Below, one piece after another: positions 12,645 to 25,048 of a DNA stretch of 64,000 nucleotides (positions within the stretch are counted from its first letter, which is position 1; each line of letters begins with the position of its first letter). The notes below the pieces were generated by a model. The model was not told the origin of the DNA. It searched no databases and saw nothing but the letters and a program-made list of their open reading frames with translations. The translations under genes were made by a program, and so were the position numbers. Location of the stretch: NCBI GenBank assembly GCA_002633005.1, contig NMRA01000053.1, forward strand, positions 444,131 through 508,130, given 5' to 3'. Source of the stretch: Phoronis australis (lineage: Eukaryota; Animalia; Phoronida).

Positions 12645-14814
12645 CTAGAACAAAAAACAGTTATGACAAGTCTTTGACGACAAGCCTCGTAAATTTAAAG
12701 ATCTCTTGAGCACTGTTCAGGTAACAGTCAGGTAACATGACTGTTACCTTAGGACAAAGACGAATGTCAAATGTTTTTGTCCAACAGTCACAAAAAATCA
12801 AGAAGTGAAATGAGGTAACTTGATACTTGCTATTTTTTATGGTTATACAGTGATGGGAATGGAGCTCACAGGTATTATTTTGGCCAATTTTAGCCCCGTG
12901 TAGTGCGCAGTACAACTTACTGTCAGACATGGGCAGGATTGAGCAACCTGTCTAAATATGGTTAAGCCAGGGAACAAGCAAAAGTACACACATCTAAGAA
13001 GCAGGTTATCCCCTGAACTGCAAGTTCAATGACATTTCTTTCAGCCAATACACGATATAATCTGTTCACTTCAGTTCAAAGCTGAATAGTTTTCTAAATT
13101 TCCAAAGTGGCCAAGTTCTAACATTGGCATACTTGACACATAAATGAACAACAGGTCTTTTTACCATAGAGGAACAAGTTTCAACAACAAACTAAGAAAA
13201 CATGGAAAGGTTCACTGGTAACAAGTTACCATCAACTACCATAAACTTCTAGTTTAGCACCCTATGTGGTTAAATTAGCAACTTAAAAAACCAGGAGGTA
13301 GGTCCTACAATTCTAGCGAGACGGGCATTCAGAAAGACATTAGAACATTTATTAGTTTTAAGAAAGTCTCGATCGCATAAACTGGGTACGGGCGCTGAGC
13401 AGACCACGGACAAGAACGGTAGTGGGCATGTGACCTTCGTAGTCAACAAGATTTAGCAACAACTTCATCACAGGAAGCTAAAACCCTGATGACACCACCT
13501 ATAACCTCATGTAACCACAAGGGTCGCCTAGCACGGACCTGGACACAGATCTTACTCAGGAAATGATGTACACTTACAGTTCTACATTTTGATTTACAAT
13601 CAAACAAAATCAACAGCATCTTCATCACCAATTCTAACACCTAACAAGGAACTAGAGTTGCATTATAATCGGATTACATTATAAATCACATTAACACTTT
13701 AGAAAAAGATAAACGTTACATTCCTAAAATAAAAATGTTAACAAGATCACTCTATGCAACAGGTATCGTTACAGAAGCTATAAACCTAGTTAAAGCCACA
13801 TGCAACATCGTCTTTAAAAACCCTTGATTTGGTCTGTGTCCCTTTAACAAGGCAATTTCCTCATAATGCACTGTAAAACCATGGACAGCTTCAATCAACA
13901 GTATGATTCAGTTGTTAACTTAATTTATTCCAGTTCGAGGCCACAGTTCACCTAAATAGCGCTGCTAAAGCTGCGGACTATAAACCAACCTTCCATCAAA
14001 AATTACGAACTTTTGATTTAGACCACTTAACAGAAATAAAACCCAAGCATTGCGCAGACCTTGTTTCTTGCGAGAAAAGCTAGAAATTGCAAGATCTAAC
14101 AAAAATCATGGACTAAAAGGTGCGTATGCTCCAGAGCTTATTAGCCTGTCCTAGTAAGATGGCGGCCACTGAAGTGATTGGTCGACGAGGTCAGAATGTT
14201 GAATTATGGGATTGAATCCACCGTTTCCATTGCACAAATGAAGATTTTCTAGCATGGGTGCCAGCTAATGTCTTGCCGTCTACATAACTCAACCCAGGTC
14301 TCGATTTATTAGACATAATTTTTTGGCTTGGGAAGGATCAATAGATCATTAAAACCTTACAGCAGGCTAAAAAAGTGGACTTATCATGGCCGGTTATTTT
14401 ATACGACGATCATGATCTCAAGGAATAATCAATGGATTCTGACAAACGCAGACAGACGATGGTCCACAAGTACAAAGCAAATACCATGGAATTCCTTTGC
14501 AAGCCTACTACACCAACAGATACTTGGCTATGTGTTTCCGACCACAACGAGCAGCATTATCAAACCGTTGTCGAGCAGGAAATGAACTGCAAACTTAACA
14601 GTACATCCACGATACCAAGCCTCATGCCAGCCCATTGACATGCCAAGCTTCATTCAAGATGCCTGATAGACTCAGACACCATAATAAAAAAATAATTGCA
14701 GGTGGTCTGATACACGTTGTATCAGACGTGCGCAGGCCTCGCATGTGGGCCCATTGCACTGATCACCTGGAAATATTTTTATGCTTATTAATATGTGGTT
14801 AAAACCGAGCTGAG

Positions 14815-14925
14815 GAGCTGGAAACCTGGCTCAAGGGTTTAGCAGTGTGACATGGTGGGACTTGAACCCACGACCTCGAGTAAAGAAAGCGGGCACTTAT
14901 CAATCAGGCCACACTGCCTCCTCTC
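14815..14925 (-). mobile_element. tRNA-derived SINE 5' fragment
   Basis: Minus strand has A-box-like tggcctgattgataag, B-box ggttcaagtccc, then CORE-like cccttgagcc; no complete cloverleaf. Confidence 0.6.
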
Positions 14926-15433
14926 AGACACCATAGGTGCCAGTGTTATTTTGTGTTGTACTCTTTTGCCTGGCGAAAAGAGTGGCTGCTCTGGTACGCT
15001 ATTTCACAGCACAAATAATGGTGGGAACACTATCTGCGTGTGATTTGCTTGTATTTGAACGTTTTGATAGTGTCTACTGGTGGTCTAGTGTTAGGAGTGA
15101 ATAAGTGAGGCAACGCATCTGTAAGTCACATGCGCTGTCATCCGTGCACAATCTATATGTTTAGTTATTAATTTACAGTACATAATAATAGAAAAAATAA
15201 AAATATTTATGCTACATTATGAAGGTGAACTTCATTTACTTTGTGTTGATTTATCTAAGCTAAGCTTCAGCTTTTATCAGTGATAAGCAATTTCTCCATG
15301 TTGTTGAACCACACAAATTCAACTGACTTTCCACTTTCAATACATACTTTTACTCAAGCTAAAATCTAATGTTTTGAAGATATTTGGCTCAATACACTAG
15401 TTGATAGACCTACATAACCCTAAGGAACAGGCA

Positions 15434-15557
15434 GAGACAGGCCTGGGCCGAGACAGGCCTGGGCCGAGACATTCCTGGGCCGAGACAGGCCTGGGCCGAG
15501 ACATTCCTGGGCCGAGACAGGCCTGGGCCGAGAAAGGCCAGGGCCGAGACAGGCCTG
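15434..15557. repeat. Minisatellite, 16-17 bp unit (gagacaggcctgggcc)
   Basis: About 7-8 tandem copies read directly. Confidence 0.9.
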
Positions 15558-15694
15558 GTCAGAGACCAGTTATATAGTAGTAAACTAAAGTAAGTGCTCT
15601 TAATCAAATGTTTTCCTTGAATGGAAGGTGGTTTATACCTATTTCAGCACACAAGTACTATGAAATATGTTAAGAGACAATTTCAGCTTCATAG

Positions 15695-15867
15695 CTAGTC
15701 CATTAGGTTATGGAAGTTCTGTAGATGTGTTTTAATATAAGACGTCTGGGAAAATGTCTTCGGACACATAGGGCATTTGTGACGAATGCCCAAGTGATTT
15801 GCTTTGATATGGCGCCGCACATCGGGTTTCCAGTTATAGGTCTTGCCGCAAATGTCACAAGCAAACC
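15695..15867 (-). CDS. Alternative 3'-terminal exon ZF-6, two C2H2 zinc fingers
   Basis: Acceptor ttttttgttctag|GG TTT (phase 1); (G)FACDICGKTYNWKPDVRRHIKANHLGIRHKCPMCPKTFSQTSYIKTHLQNFHNLMD*. Confidence 0.88.
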
Positions 15868-15941
15868 CTAGAACAAAAAATAATTATGAAATACGAGTGA
15901 GGACTAGTTTACTTAGTCAACGCATGTATCTTACAATGAAA

Positions 15942-16263
15942 GTTTTCGTCCATTCAACCCTGTTGTTTAGTCAAACTGGATAGACTGAATAGGTGGTGCC
16001 ATGAGTGATGTCATGAGAGTGAAGGTGAGAGCCCTCTGTAGTCATTATCCTTCTTTCAATGCAGCGTAGGTTGTACTCATCTTCTCCCTTCTGACCTCAC
16101 AACAGAGAAGACAAGTGCCCTCTGTAGTCATTTCCCCCTTGCTATGTAGCGCAGGATGGACTCATTGGCACTTCCAGAGGGTACTCATCTCCGTCCGATG
16201 TAACACCACCTACAGACTCCATCCAGTTTGTTAAAGACAACACTGAACAGAGCGGTCGAAAAC
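15942..16263. mobile_element. Degenerate MITE-like foldback element
   Basis: Imperfect inverted ends (ttttcgtcc...caaactggatagactgaataggtggtg / caccacctacagactccatccagtttg...ggtcgaaaa) with an internal direct repeat (gccctctgtagtcatt x2). Confidence 0.45.
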
Positions 16264-17870
16264 ATTGACTGCAAGGTATGGGGGTCTCAACTATAACGAA
16301 ATGAACCCTCACTCATATTTCACTGCCTACCATTATCGGTAAATTTCATCAACTTCAGAAAAAATAGTTGCTAAAGTTTATCTTTTTCCGTTTTCAAAAG
16401 CTTCCAATCGTGTTGTAAATGCCCAGTTTCTTAAAACAGAACTTAGAATTATATTTTAACAATAGGTTTAATACCACTTATTTGTAAAAAATGCATTGTC
16501 GAGATTTTACTTTTTAGTTAAAGTACAACTATTGCAAGCCCTTTTGTGTAACATATACCACAGTGTGTACATAAAAGGACAGGAGACAACTGGGATGTCT
16601 GAAACGTAAACAAACTAAAGAACTGAAGCTGCTAATAACAGAGATTAGACAGCACTCAGCTAGGGAAACAGCCTACTCTCTACGTGACTGACGGCCATAT
16701 TGCTTTCAGCTCAAAAATGGCACCACCTATATGACCTTAAATTTTCAAACAATATAATTAAACCTTTTCTTTTGCCTCAGCCTCTGTGGTATCCACGTTA
16801 AAGAAGTGTTGAAACCAAGTCAATTATCACGCACACGACCTTTTGAGTGTCCACGCCCTGGAGCATGAACTTATTTTATAATGCCCACCACGACAAGATG
16901 CACATGAACGAAACCCTTTACAAATGACAACAGAGAATGTGCTTCACTTAGAAGATTGAACACACTGTTTATTATCATGATGATCACATAGCAAATATTT
17001 AATGTTGAGAACCTGATTATTTAAATTTTTACAAGCAATTGAATTGAATGGAATCATTTAATTTACCAATACTTGAGCAGAGTGCATAACCTTGGAGGCT
17101 TGCTATTTTCTCATTTCAGATTAGTTTACACAACTTGCCCACTGTTGGACATTCAGTCATTCAGTCCAACAGATGCCGTATTTAATCAGACGCCAAATAT
17201 GAAGATAAAGTGTCAGAAAAGACTTCAATCACCACACACAATGAGTCATTCAATGAAAAATCAACATGATGGCGGTTCTGCATAAAATTTTTCAGTTTTC
17301 AAACCAGTTTTTAAAATTTTTACTAAGACTAAGCAACACATAGTTGCACTGTCATTATGGGCGCACACAAATCAAAAACAGAATTTTAATAATTATTTTC
17401 CCCCAAATGTTAGCCAAATGCACATGCATTTATAAGTCATCCGAATAATTGAAATGATCACGACTGACCTGTACAAACTGAAAATAAATTTACAAGATAT
17501 TTAGCAGTCCCTTACAATGATTTCATTATTAATAATGAATTCCGCCAATATTATAATATCATGTGTCTACACGGAAATTTTACAATTCAATAGACTAAAT
17601 TACACTTAAAATATCCTTTACTAAGGCTCCTTTGTGCAATTAGTTCAAATATGCCGTATTTACTGTCTCTAATGAACTCGCACAGTAATAATGATCTCAC
17701 TAATGTTAACAAGTGTACAAACACAAAATGACACATTCTGCAAAGCAAATGCAATTCTTCAGCAAATGTTTGCTCGAGGTTTTGTACAGTTTACCGTGAA
17801 GTAATTTGCTCCCGGTATGTTTCTGTGCACTATAGGACAGTCGTCGCGAGAAGAAAAAATTGTCCTCAAA

Positions 17871-18067
17871 TCATGGCGTGACCACTCGAACGTTGTTCGT
17901 TATGCCATGGAACTTGAGTTCATGCACTCTCAGCTGTTGCTTCCACTTAAAAGTCTTGGAACAATACGGGCACGACTCCATTATTCCAAAATGCACAGCG
18001 CGTAGATGACGGTTTAGGGCGGATTTGCTCAAATAAGATTTGTCTCCACACAGGCCACAAAAGAACC
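17871..18067 (-). CDS. Alternative 3'-terminal exon ZF-7, two C2H2 zinc fingers
   Basis: Acceptor ttttttgttttag|GG TTC (phase 1); (G)FFCGLCGDKSYLSKSALNRHLRAVHFGIMESCPYCSKTFKWKQQLRVHELKFHGITNNVRVVTP*. Confidence 0.88.
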
Positions 18068-18252
18068 CTAAAACAAAAAAATCACTTTAAATACTGGAGT
18101 TCCAAAAAATTCATGTGTGTCCACTACAGACCCCTGAGATACAACAGCAATTGGCCAATTGGAAATGACGAATTTTATTTCAATAAACAAACATAACCCT
18201 CTGCACTGAAACTGAAGAAGCTTCCCAAGTGTGACTGCGGATTAACATGTGT

Positions 18253-18412
18253 GGGTTGTCTGGTGAATGACTGTGTTGTCTGGTGAATGACAGGGTTGTC
18301 TGGTGAAAGACAGGGTTGTCTGGTGAAAGACAGGGTTGTCTGGTGAATGACTGGGTTGTCTGGTGAATGACACGGTTGTCTGGTGAATGACTGGGTTGTC
18401 TGGTGAATGACT
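18253..18412. repeat. Minisatellite, 20 bp unit (gggttgtctggtgaatgact)
   Basis: Eight tandem copies read directly. Confidence 0.92.
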
Positions 18413-18905
18413 GGAAGTTTGTGGCTATGACTGCCTTGTACCTATGAACTATAAAAATGTAAATAATTAAATGAAACAAGATTTATATTATTTCACTCAA
18501 GTACAATGCCAGCTTAACTAATTTGAACTGAAGATCCACTTTATCTTTCAAAACTGATTTACAGCTCCACTATCAACTAAAGGTAAGTTTCAAGCTGACA
18601 CTGAATATGTCAAATACTTGAATGATAACCAGCATCAACAGGTAAGTGAATAACACATCACCCCCTCCCCTCGGGGGCTATAATTGAATACACCTGGAAC
18701 AGGCTATATTAACATCAACTGTAACCACCCTTTAAGTTGTAGACTGGACATACATCAAGGATTTCTAAACTTTTGTTTCAGCTCCGCTAATAATTCATCT
18801 GGAGTCATCCCAACAACAGGTATGCTTTCTCACAAATGTTCATCCCACTGTTGTGATATATGTGCTTAAACTGTTTCTCAGAAATTTCTAGTTCATTTCG
18901 ATGAC

Positions 18906-19093
18906 TCAAACAAATTTGTTCTTAGAAATCTGATGCTTAGTTTCCAGGTGGCGATGAACCTGATGCCTCCACTTGAATTTCTCGTCACAAAACGGGCACG
19001 ACTCCAAGATACATAAATGAATTGCCTTGATGTGGCGTCGTGCAGCCACGCTCGACTTGAACTGACTCTGGCAAATTCCGCACACGAACTGGC
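18906..19093 (-). CDS. Alternative 3'-terminal exon ZF-8, two C2H2 zinc fingers
   Basis: Acceptor tttccattttag|GC CAG (phase 1); (G)QFVCGICQSQFKSSVAARRHIKAIHLCILESCPFCDEKFKWRHQVHRHLETKHQISKNKFV*. Confidence 0.88.
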
Positions 19094-20347
19094 CTAAAAT
19101 GGAAACAACGCTAAGTCGGTTGTGGGTCGTCGAAACTGTTTCACATCTATTTTTACATATATGCAGAAAATAGCCGAATCAATAGAAATTAAAGTGAAAC
19201 TTTATAATGCGGCTCAAGTATCAATAGAATTCAGCGACCGAGTTAACTAAATAACCAGTATTTTATTTATGATTGTCCTCATTTCGTTTTCGTGAAAGAA
19301 ACTGCGTTTACTTCCATGCTATACGTGTGCTCTGGTCACCATGGTTTCTATTTCTAGGAATCTTTGCATAAAAAATTGAGAAACAGTGTACCATGAAACT
19401 AGGGAAAATGGACACTAAAAATACACCTTTAAAATTGTTGCAACACCGGTATTGATAAATAAGATTTTCAATTGAGCTGAAAGCACTTTATACCGAGCAT
19501 GAACTCAAAGCAATCAAGTCCAGGTAAGAAGAACAGTACGACACAAAAAACCATCGGCACTCACGGTAAACAGAAATGTTCAAAGGGAAAGACTAGATAC
19601 CATCTGAGAGCAGCCAATGGAAATTTACCACTAATCAAAATGGAAGACCAGATAAGATCTATGAAGATCACTTTCCCAACACTGACAGTGACACAGTTGC
19701 ACCAAGAGGCTCCAGAAAAAAACACTGCAGTCTCAGGAATGCTTCACAAACATTTTATTGACAGCTACACGGGGGATGGACAATTTCTTAAGAAGCACTT
19801 TCTTGAGCCAGAAACAGCCATGAGCTTCACTCTAATCATAGTATAACCACAGAAAACAAGAAATGATAACTTGTGTTATTGGCAAGGCTCAAGTTTGTAA
19901 GGATAATAAAAAACATTCAACACAATCCTTGTGTGAAACAGGGTGTCAAAAGTAATAACCATATCATCTATTAAGCGCTCAATACAACTAACAAGAGTTG
20001 CCCCCCCCCCCCTCCCCTACTGCAGTTGTGGAAGACTAACACGGTATACAGAAACAACAAAGAGAAACTGATGGACATAACTGCTCATTGATCTGATGGG
20101 AACTCATCATCAGCTTCTGACAGCACCTGTCCAACAGGCAGTCACCACATGGAAGTTTCTAATACGCTGTCTGATTTGATGGAAAATAATCATCACCCAA
20201 ACACAATCTACAGGGAATAACAAGAACATCCTCACAGGCCTTTCTAACTATTGGTCATCAGTGAAAGTTTCTGAGATGCTGTCCGATACGATCTCACCCT
20301 AAAATAGTAACAGTGCATATACCGAACAAAGAGCGTGTCCGACCTGT

Positions 20348-20538
20348 CTAACTGTTAGTCATCTGATGGAAGTTTCTGAGGTGCTTTCTGATCTGAGTCT
20401 GCCACTTGAATGTGGCCGAGCAGTGCGGACAGCTGTATCTGATTCCAAAGTGTTCGGCGCTGATGTGACGCCTCATGTTATACAAATTGTACTTGCGAGT
20501 GCCCTCGATACACTTCCCGCATAGACCACATATGAAGC
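20348..20538 (-). CDS. Alternative 3'-terminal exon ZF-9, two C2H2 zinc fingers
   Basis: Acceptor ctgttgtttgtag|GC TTC (phase 1); (G)FICGLCGKCIEGTRKYNLYNMRRHISAEHFGIRYSCPHCSATFKWQTQIRKHLRNFHQMTNS*; first finger has an insertion between CxxC and the helix. Confidence 0.88.
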
Positions 20539-23500
20539 CTACAAACAACAGAACACAACGCGTCAGCACCCGATGGCATACCTGAAACCTAGGAAAACTC
20601 TTAACGTAGACTACGATATGAATGTTTTCCTGAAAAAGCGACCGGTGCGAGAGCATCGTATGGTATTTTCAATACGCTGATATGTGCATGCCCGCGATAA
20701 GTATCATTGAGTAACTAGTTTATTTGGAAGATTTGTGAGGCAAAATGTAAAAAATAGTGTCAGCCTGAAACTACACACCAGCCAAGAACAGACCTACCAA
20801 ATTACATGAGGATGCTGAGTTTAGGAGATTCAGGTGAGTAGATGCCAGACAAGACATGCACACATAACCTATATATAGGCACATAAAAATGTCAACTTTT
20901 TAATTCACGTCACAGAACAAGTGAAACTTTCTGAAAAAGGAATTTCAAATACCCTTTTAGTTATCACATCAAATCACACAATTTCAATTGCTAAAAGTGG
21001 ATTCAGCAAATAAGGCCACCAGTTGAAATCAAAAATCATACTCAAACACTGAGGAGCCTCAACTAATCAGATCAAATATGCAAGGCATATTAACCAATAT
21101 TAACCATTCAAAGCTCATCTACAGAAAGTCGTAAATCAAAGGACTTCAAGACTAGCTATCAACCTTCAACATACACAATTTGGGACAGTCACAAATGTCT
21201 GTTAGAGCAAATCGATGGATATCTCTCACGTAAGTGGTGCATAATTGTAGAGACATCATCATTTCACCAGTTAGTGACCAGGAATGCAACAACGCTAAGT
21301 GTTTGCATTTAGTAGGCCTACTTCACCAAAAAAACCACCAATCCTAACCAGTGGTTGGCACACAAAGCTCACAGGACTGATTAGCAGAGATAGTGAGGAC
21401 ACAGTGCACTGATACCTGCTCTATATGCACGTCATCTATTGTTATTTGTACTTAATCATTGACAAATACACAGTTATTGCAAGTCACATGGTGTTTTTAC
21501 AGGTTAAGTTTACTGCAAATTCACACTTCATTCAAAATACTGATGTACAGGTTATAAGTGCTTGCAGAGTCATGTCACAGTCAGACTACAGGACAGACTA
21601 AGTTAACACACAAGGCATTAAAATTGGGGACTAAAAAATCAAGACTGGGCCTCGACTTTAATACCAAAGTTTTATTTGGATAGGTTGCTATACAGGCACT
21701 ACTACCTATCATCGTCACAAGGTAACACAGGAAAAACAGTCATATCAAGCCCATTTGGTAACGGCTATGCAGAAGTCACAGACCACAGATCTATTCTCTT
21801 CCGTACTTATGAACGTAGCTGATGAATCAATAATGAAAAAGTGACTATCAATGATTGCAAGACAACAAAGCCTCGTTGATACTCGAGTACGTGAGCAAGC
21901 ATAAGGAAACATCGGAAATCGAACATAGCACATCGTGTTGATTCGCGCACAGTCAAAGGAAACAGCACGAAATAAGGTCACCAACTGGGGACTGTGTGCT
22001 CCCGTGTATTCCAAGAACATAAAAGTAGACACACACTTCCAGTTGTTCGTTATGCTGAAATGCCAATGAACCTCAGGTCTACCATTTTGTGCATATAAGT
22101 TTGCTTAAAGCCACAAGCAGCGCCATCTATGATAATTGTTCTGCTTCAAGCTTTGTGGTGGAACCTTTTGTTTCTTTATACTGTGAGATAGCTTTCCTAC
22201 TAAAGAAGGACTGGAGTTCTTTGATCCCTTCATCCTGGAGATTCACCAGCACTAACTTTATTTATTCCACATTGAAGTTTGTGACTTCAGCTCTACATCA
22301 CTAGTGCTGCGTCAGACGCAACTCATTCTCTGATTTTGACCCAAAAAACAGGCATAGCTGAACGTTGACCGATTGCATTTGAAGATTACAGCCAATATCC
22401 CTAGATTTGAGAAATTCATAGTGGCTATCTTAATTTGCACAGAGCTAGATATCAAGAACACAGGGTAGAAACTACGCCAAATTAAAAGCCAAAAAAAGAG
22501 AACACTTCAAGCTACCGTTAATTTCCGATAAAAACTATGGAACAAATTTGTACAAATGATTAATTCTCTGAAAAAGACGAAGTTAACTGGCTGTACAATT
22601 ATGCACTGGTCAGTTGAATTAATAAATGATTTGCTTAAAAAAAGTTAACTGGCCGACTCATTCTCTGGCCTCATTTGCGATACACGAGTCCGCGCTTTTT
22701 GTAAACACACACAAAATTTTATCATAGGACCATACAAATAAGGTATCCAATCGGCAGCATTTAAGCAATGAAATTGGAGACTAGACGTTTGTTCATTTGT
22801 GTAAAATTTACATTTACACTTTAAATTAATTTTCATAAAAATGAATTACAACAGTTGCAGCACGAAACATCACTCACGGACTAAATCTAAGACAACACGT
22901 ACTGTTTAGCCAGGAATACGTTCCATCGGAAATTTACGGCAGTAATCATACACATTAGAGGAACACCAAACAAAAATGAACAGAAAGCTAATGTTAAGAA
23001 GTTATCAGCATCTACTCAGGCCTCCCCCTCCCCCCAAAGATTTGTAACAAAACAGAGGAAACACACTTCTAAAGCTATTTCTTAAATACAACATACACCC
23101 ATGATCAAAACTTGATGACCATTCCAGTTATCAAAGCTGTTTCATAAAATCGAAAACCCGGAGTGTGGGTGATTCAAAAACACAAATTCAATGCCTTGTA
23201 CACAATCATAACTGCCAATAGTGTGAAATTTACACCAGCAACACTGTCACTCAGTTTGAACCAGCAACACTGTCACTCAATTTGTCTGGTGTTCCTTATT
23301 CTGAAAGCTGAAAGCTGCCATAAGGTCCATCAAAGAACATTTCGTTTCAACTGGGGCCATATGCACTGTTCTGAAACTAATCAGTCTCAAATGTTCTTGG
23401 CTCAGATTAGAAGTGATTTAAACGCACAGGGGAAAGCCCACCACGTTCTTCATCGTCGCGCATGAAATGAACAGTCATGTCAAATCAAAATAGACTCAAG

Positions 23501-25048
23501 CAGGAGTCTTTGACAGAGTGGAGATTTATAGCAGCTTGCAATGGTCTACTTAGTTCAACACCCATAACACATGAAACAAGTAACCTCCTTCATGCCTGGA
23601 TAATGCCTCAAACTTAAAACTGACTTAACCGCTAAAGTTTTCCACAGAGTGGGATTGGGACCCATTTGGGCGAGGAGAAATTCAGATTACTTGGTAGACA
23701 TTCGGAGTACAATTTGTTTCAGTTTTCATTAATGTAATAGTTTCCCATTCTGTGAGTAGTGTGAATGAAAATTATTCAAAGTCATTCACGAGTCCATTTG
23801 CCGTGACAACCATCTTAAGACTAACTCGCCTGTAAAATTCTCTACAAGAATTGGAACACTTCACCTGCTCATGATATTCCTGCAATGTATTTGTTACTAA
23901 CAATTTAACAGCTGAAATCCATTACATCCACACTCCTGTAGGGCACTGAAATACCTTTAAAAATCTCAGGTCTACAACAGCATACAAGATTCAATTTTGA
24001 ATTCAGGTGACAGCACTCTGCCGAGATAATGACGTTTCTATATCAGGGTGTTCCAGCAAAATCAGTCAGTGTGGATAGGGGCAAGGCATGTTTTCACTTC
24101 ACACCATTTTTTAGCATTCCAACCAAACACCCATAATTTTTTATTACTTTGGAATGCAACCAGTTTTGTCAAATTATGTTTGGCCACTTAAAATACCAAT
24201 AGTCACTTGATCTCGACTTTACAAAATAATCCCACTTCCTTATTCATGAAACCACTATGTCATTGTCACTGGTGGCGCTTTGGACTAGACAGTTTCATTG
24301 TTTATCATCAACACTTTCATCATGGTCAACGTTAGCTCCGACAATGTTGCCGACATTGACACTGTTAGTTCATCGGTGTTCTCCGAGCGTAGTCACTGTT
24401 GACGCATCACCATCAGTGTCTTAGCCTTGCTGGCAGCATCGTGCGTGTCATTGTCAGTTTAAGTTGTTGTTGTTGTGGTCCTCAAGAATGTCCGAAGTAT
24501 AGTCATTGGTGTCATGGACATCCGTCGTTTTTGGAGTAGTTGCCATGTCATTCTTCCTTATTCAATTTCACCAAGTGTCGCACTACCCGCGTTTTAATTT
24601 TTCTGCTCTGAATACAACCACCAACCATTTAGGTATTTCAAGTGTATTCCCAAACTTCATACAGATTTTTCTGGCACAGCTCTCCAAAGGATTTGAGTCA
24701 ACTTCATATTCATTACGCCGCATCTTAAATGTCAATTGTCATATAGTGTTTGATTTTACTTTATTTCTGTTTCTGTTGACGAAGGATGTTATTATATCCC
24801 AAAATTTCAGTTGATCCATTCTTGTTGTTTTATTTACCTATATATAGTCAACTTCTAGTAATTTTGTAAACCCACTAGAGGACTACAAATAAGGCACTGT
24901 ATGAGGCAAATCCATGGTTCAAACTCAAATCTTAAAATTGAATCATTTGAATTCCATGTTGCCTAATAACTCAGGCACTGTTCACCATGCATCAGGGTGT
25001 TGAACGAACTAGACACCGAACATACAAATAAATGCTAGAATGGCTCAC

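Noticed and set aside
14687-14780. Three-way hairpin (caggtggtc / ctgatacacgttgtatcag / gatcacctg) as a ribozyme or ncRNA
   Set aside because: No CUGANGA...GAAA hammerhead core; the ~20-bp inverted ends point to a tiny foldback transposon remnant.
14850-14925. tRNA gene
   Set aside because: A and B boxes present but no proper acceptor or anticodon stems; continues into SINE body.
15434-18412. Two short tandem arrays as CRISPR or coding repeats
   Set aside because: No unique spacers and eukaryotic context; ORFs 15410 and 18180 are repeat read-through.
19499-19846. 115-aa plus-strand ORF as an opposite-strand variable exon
   Set aside because: No zinc-finger or other motif; no plus-strand ZF exon was found anywhere in the window.
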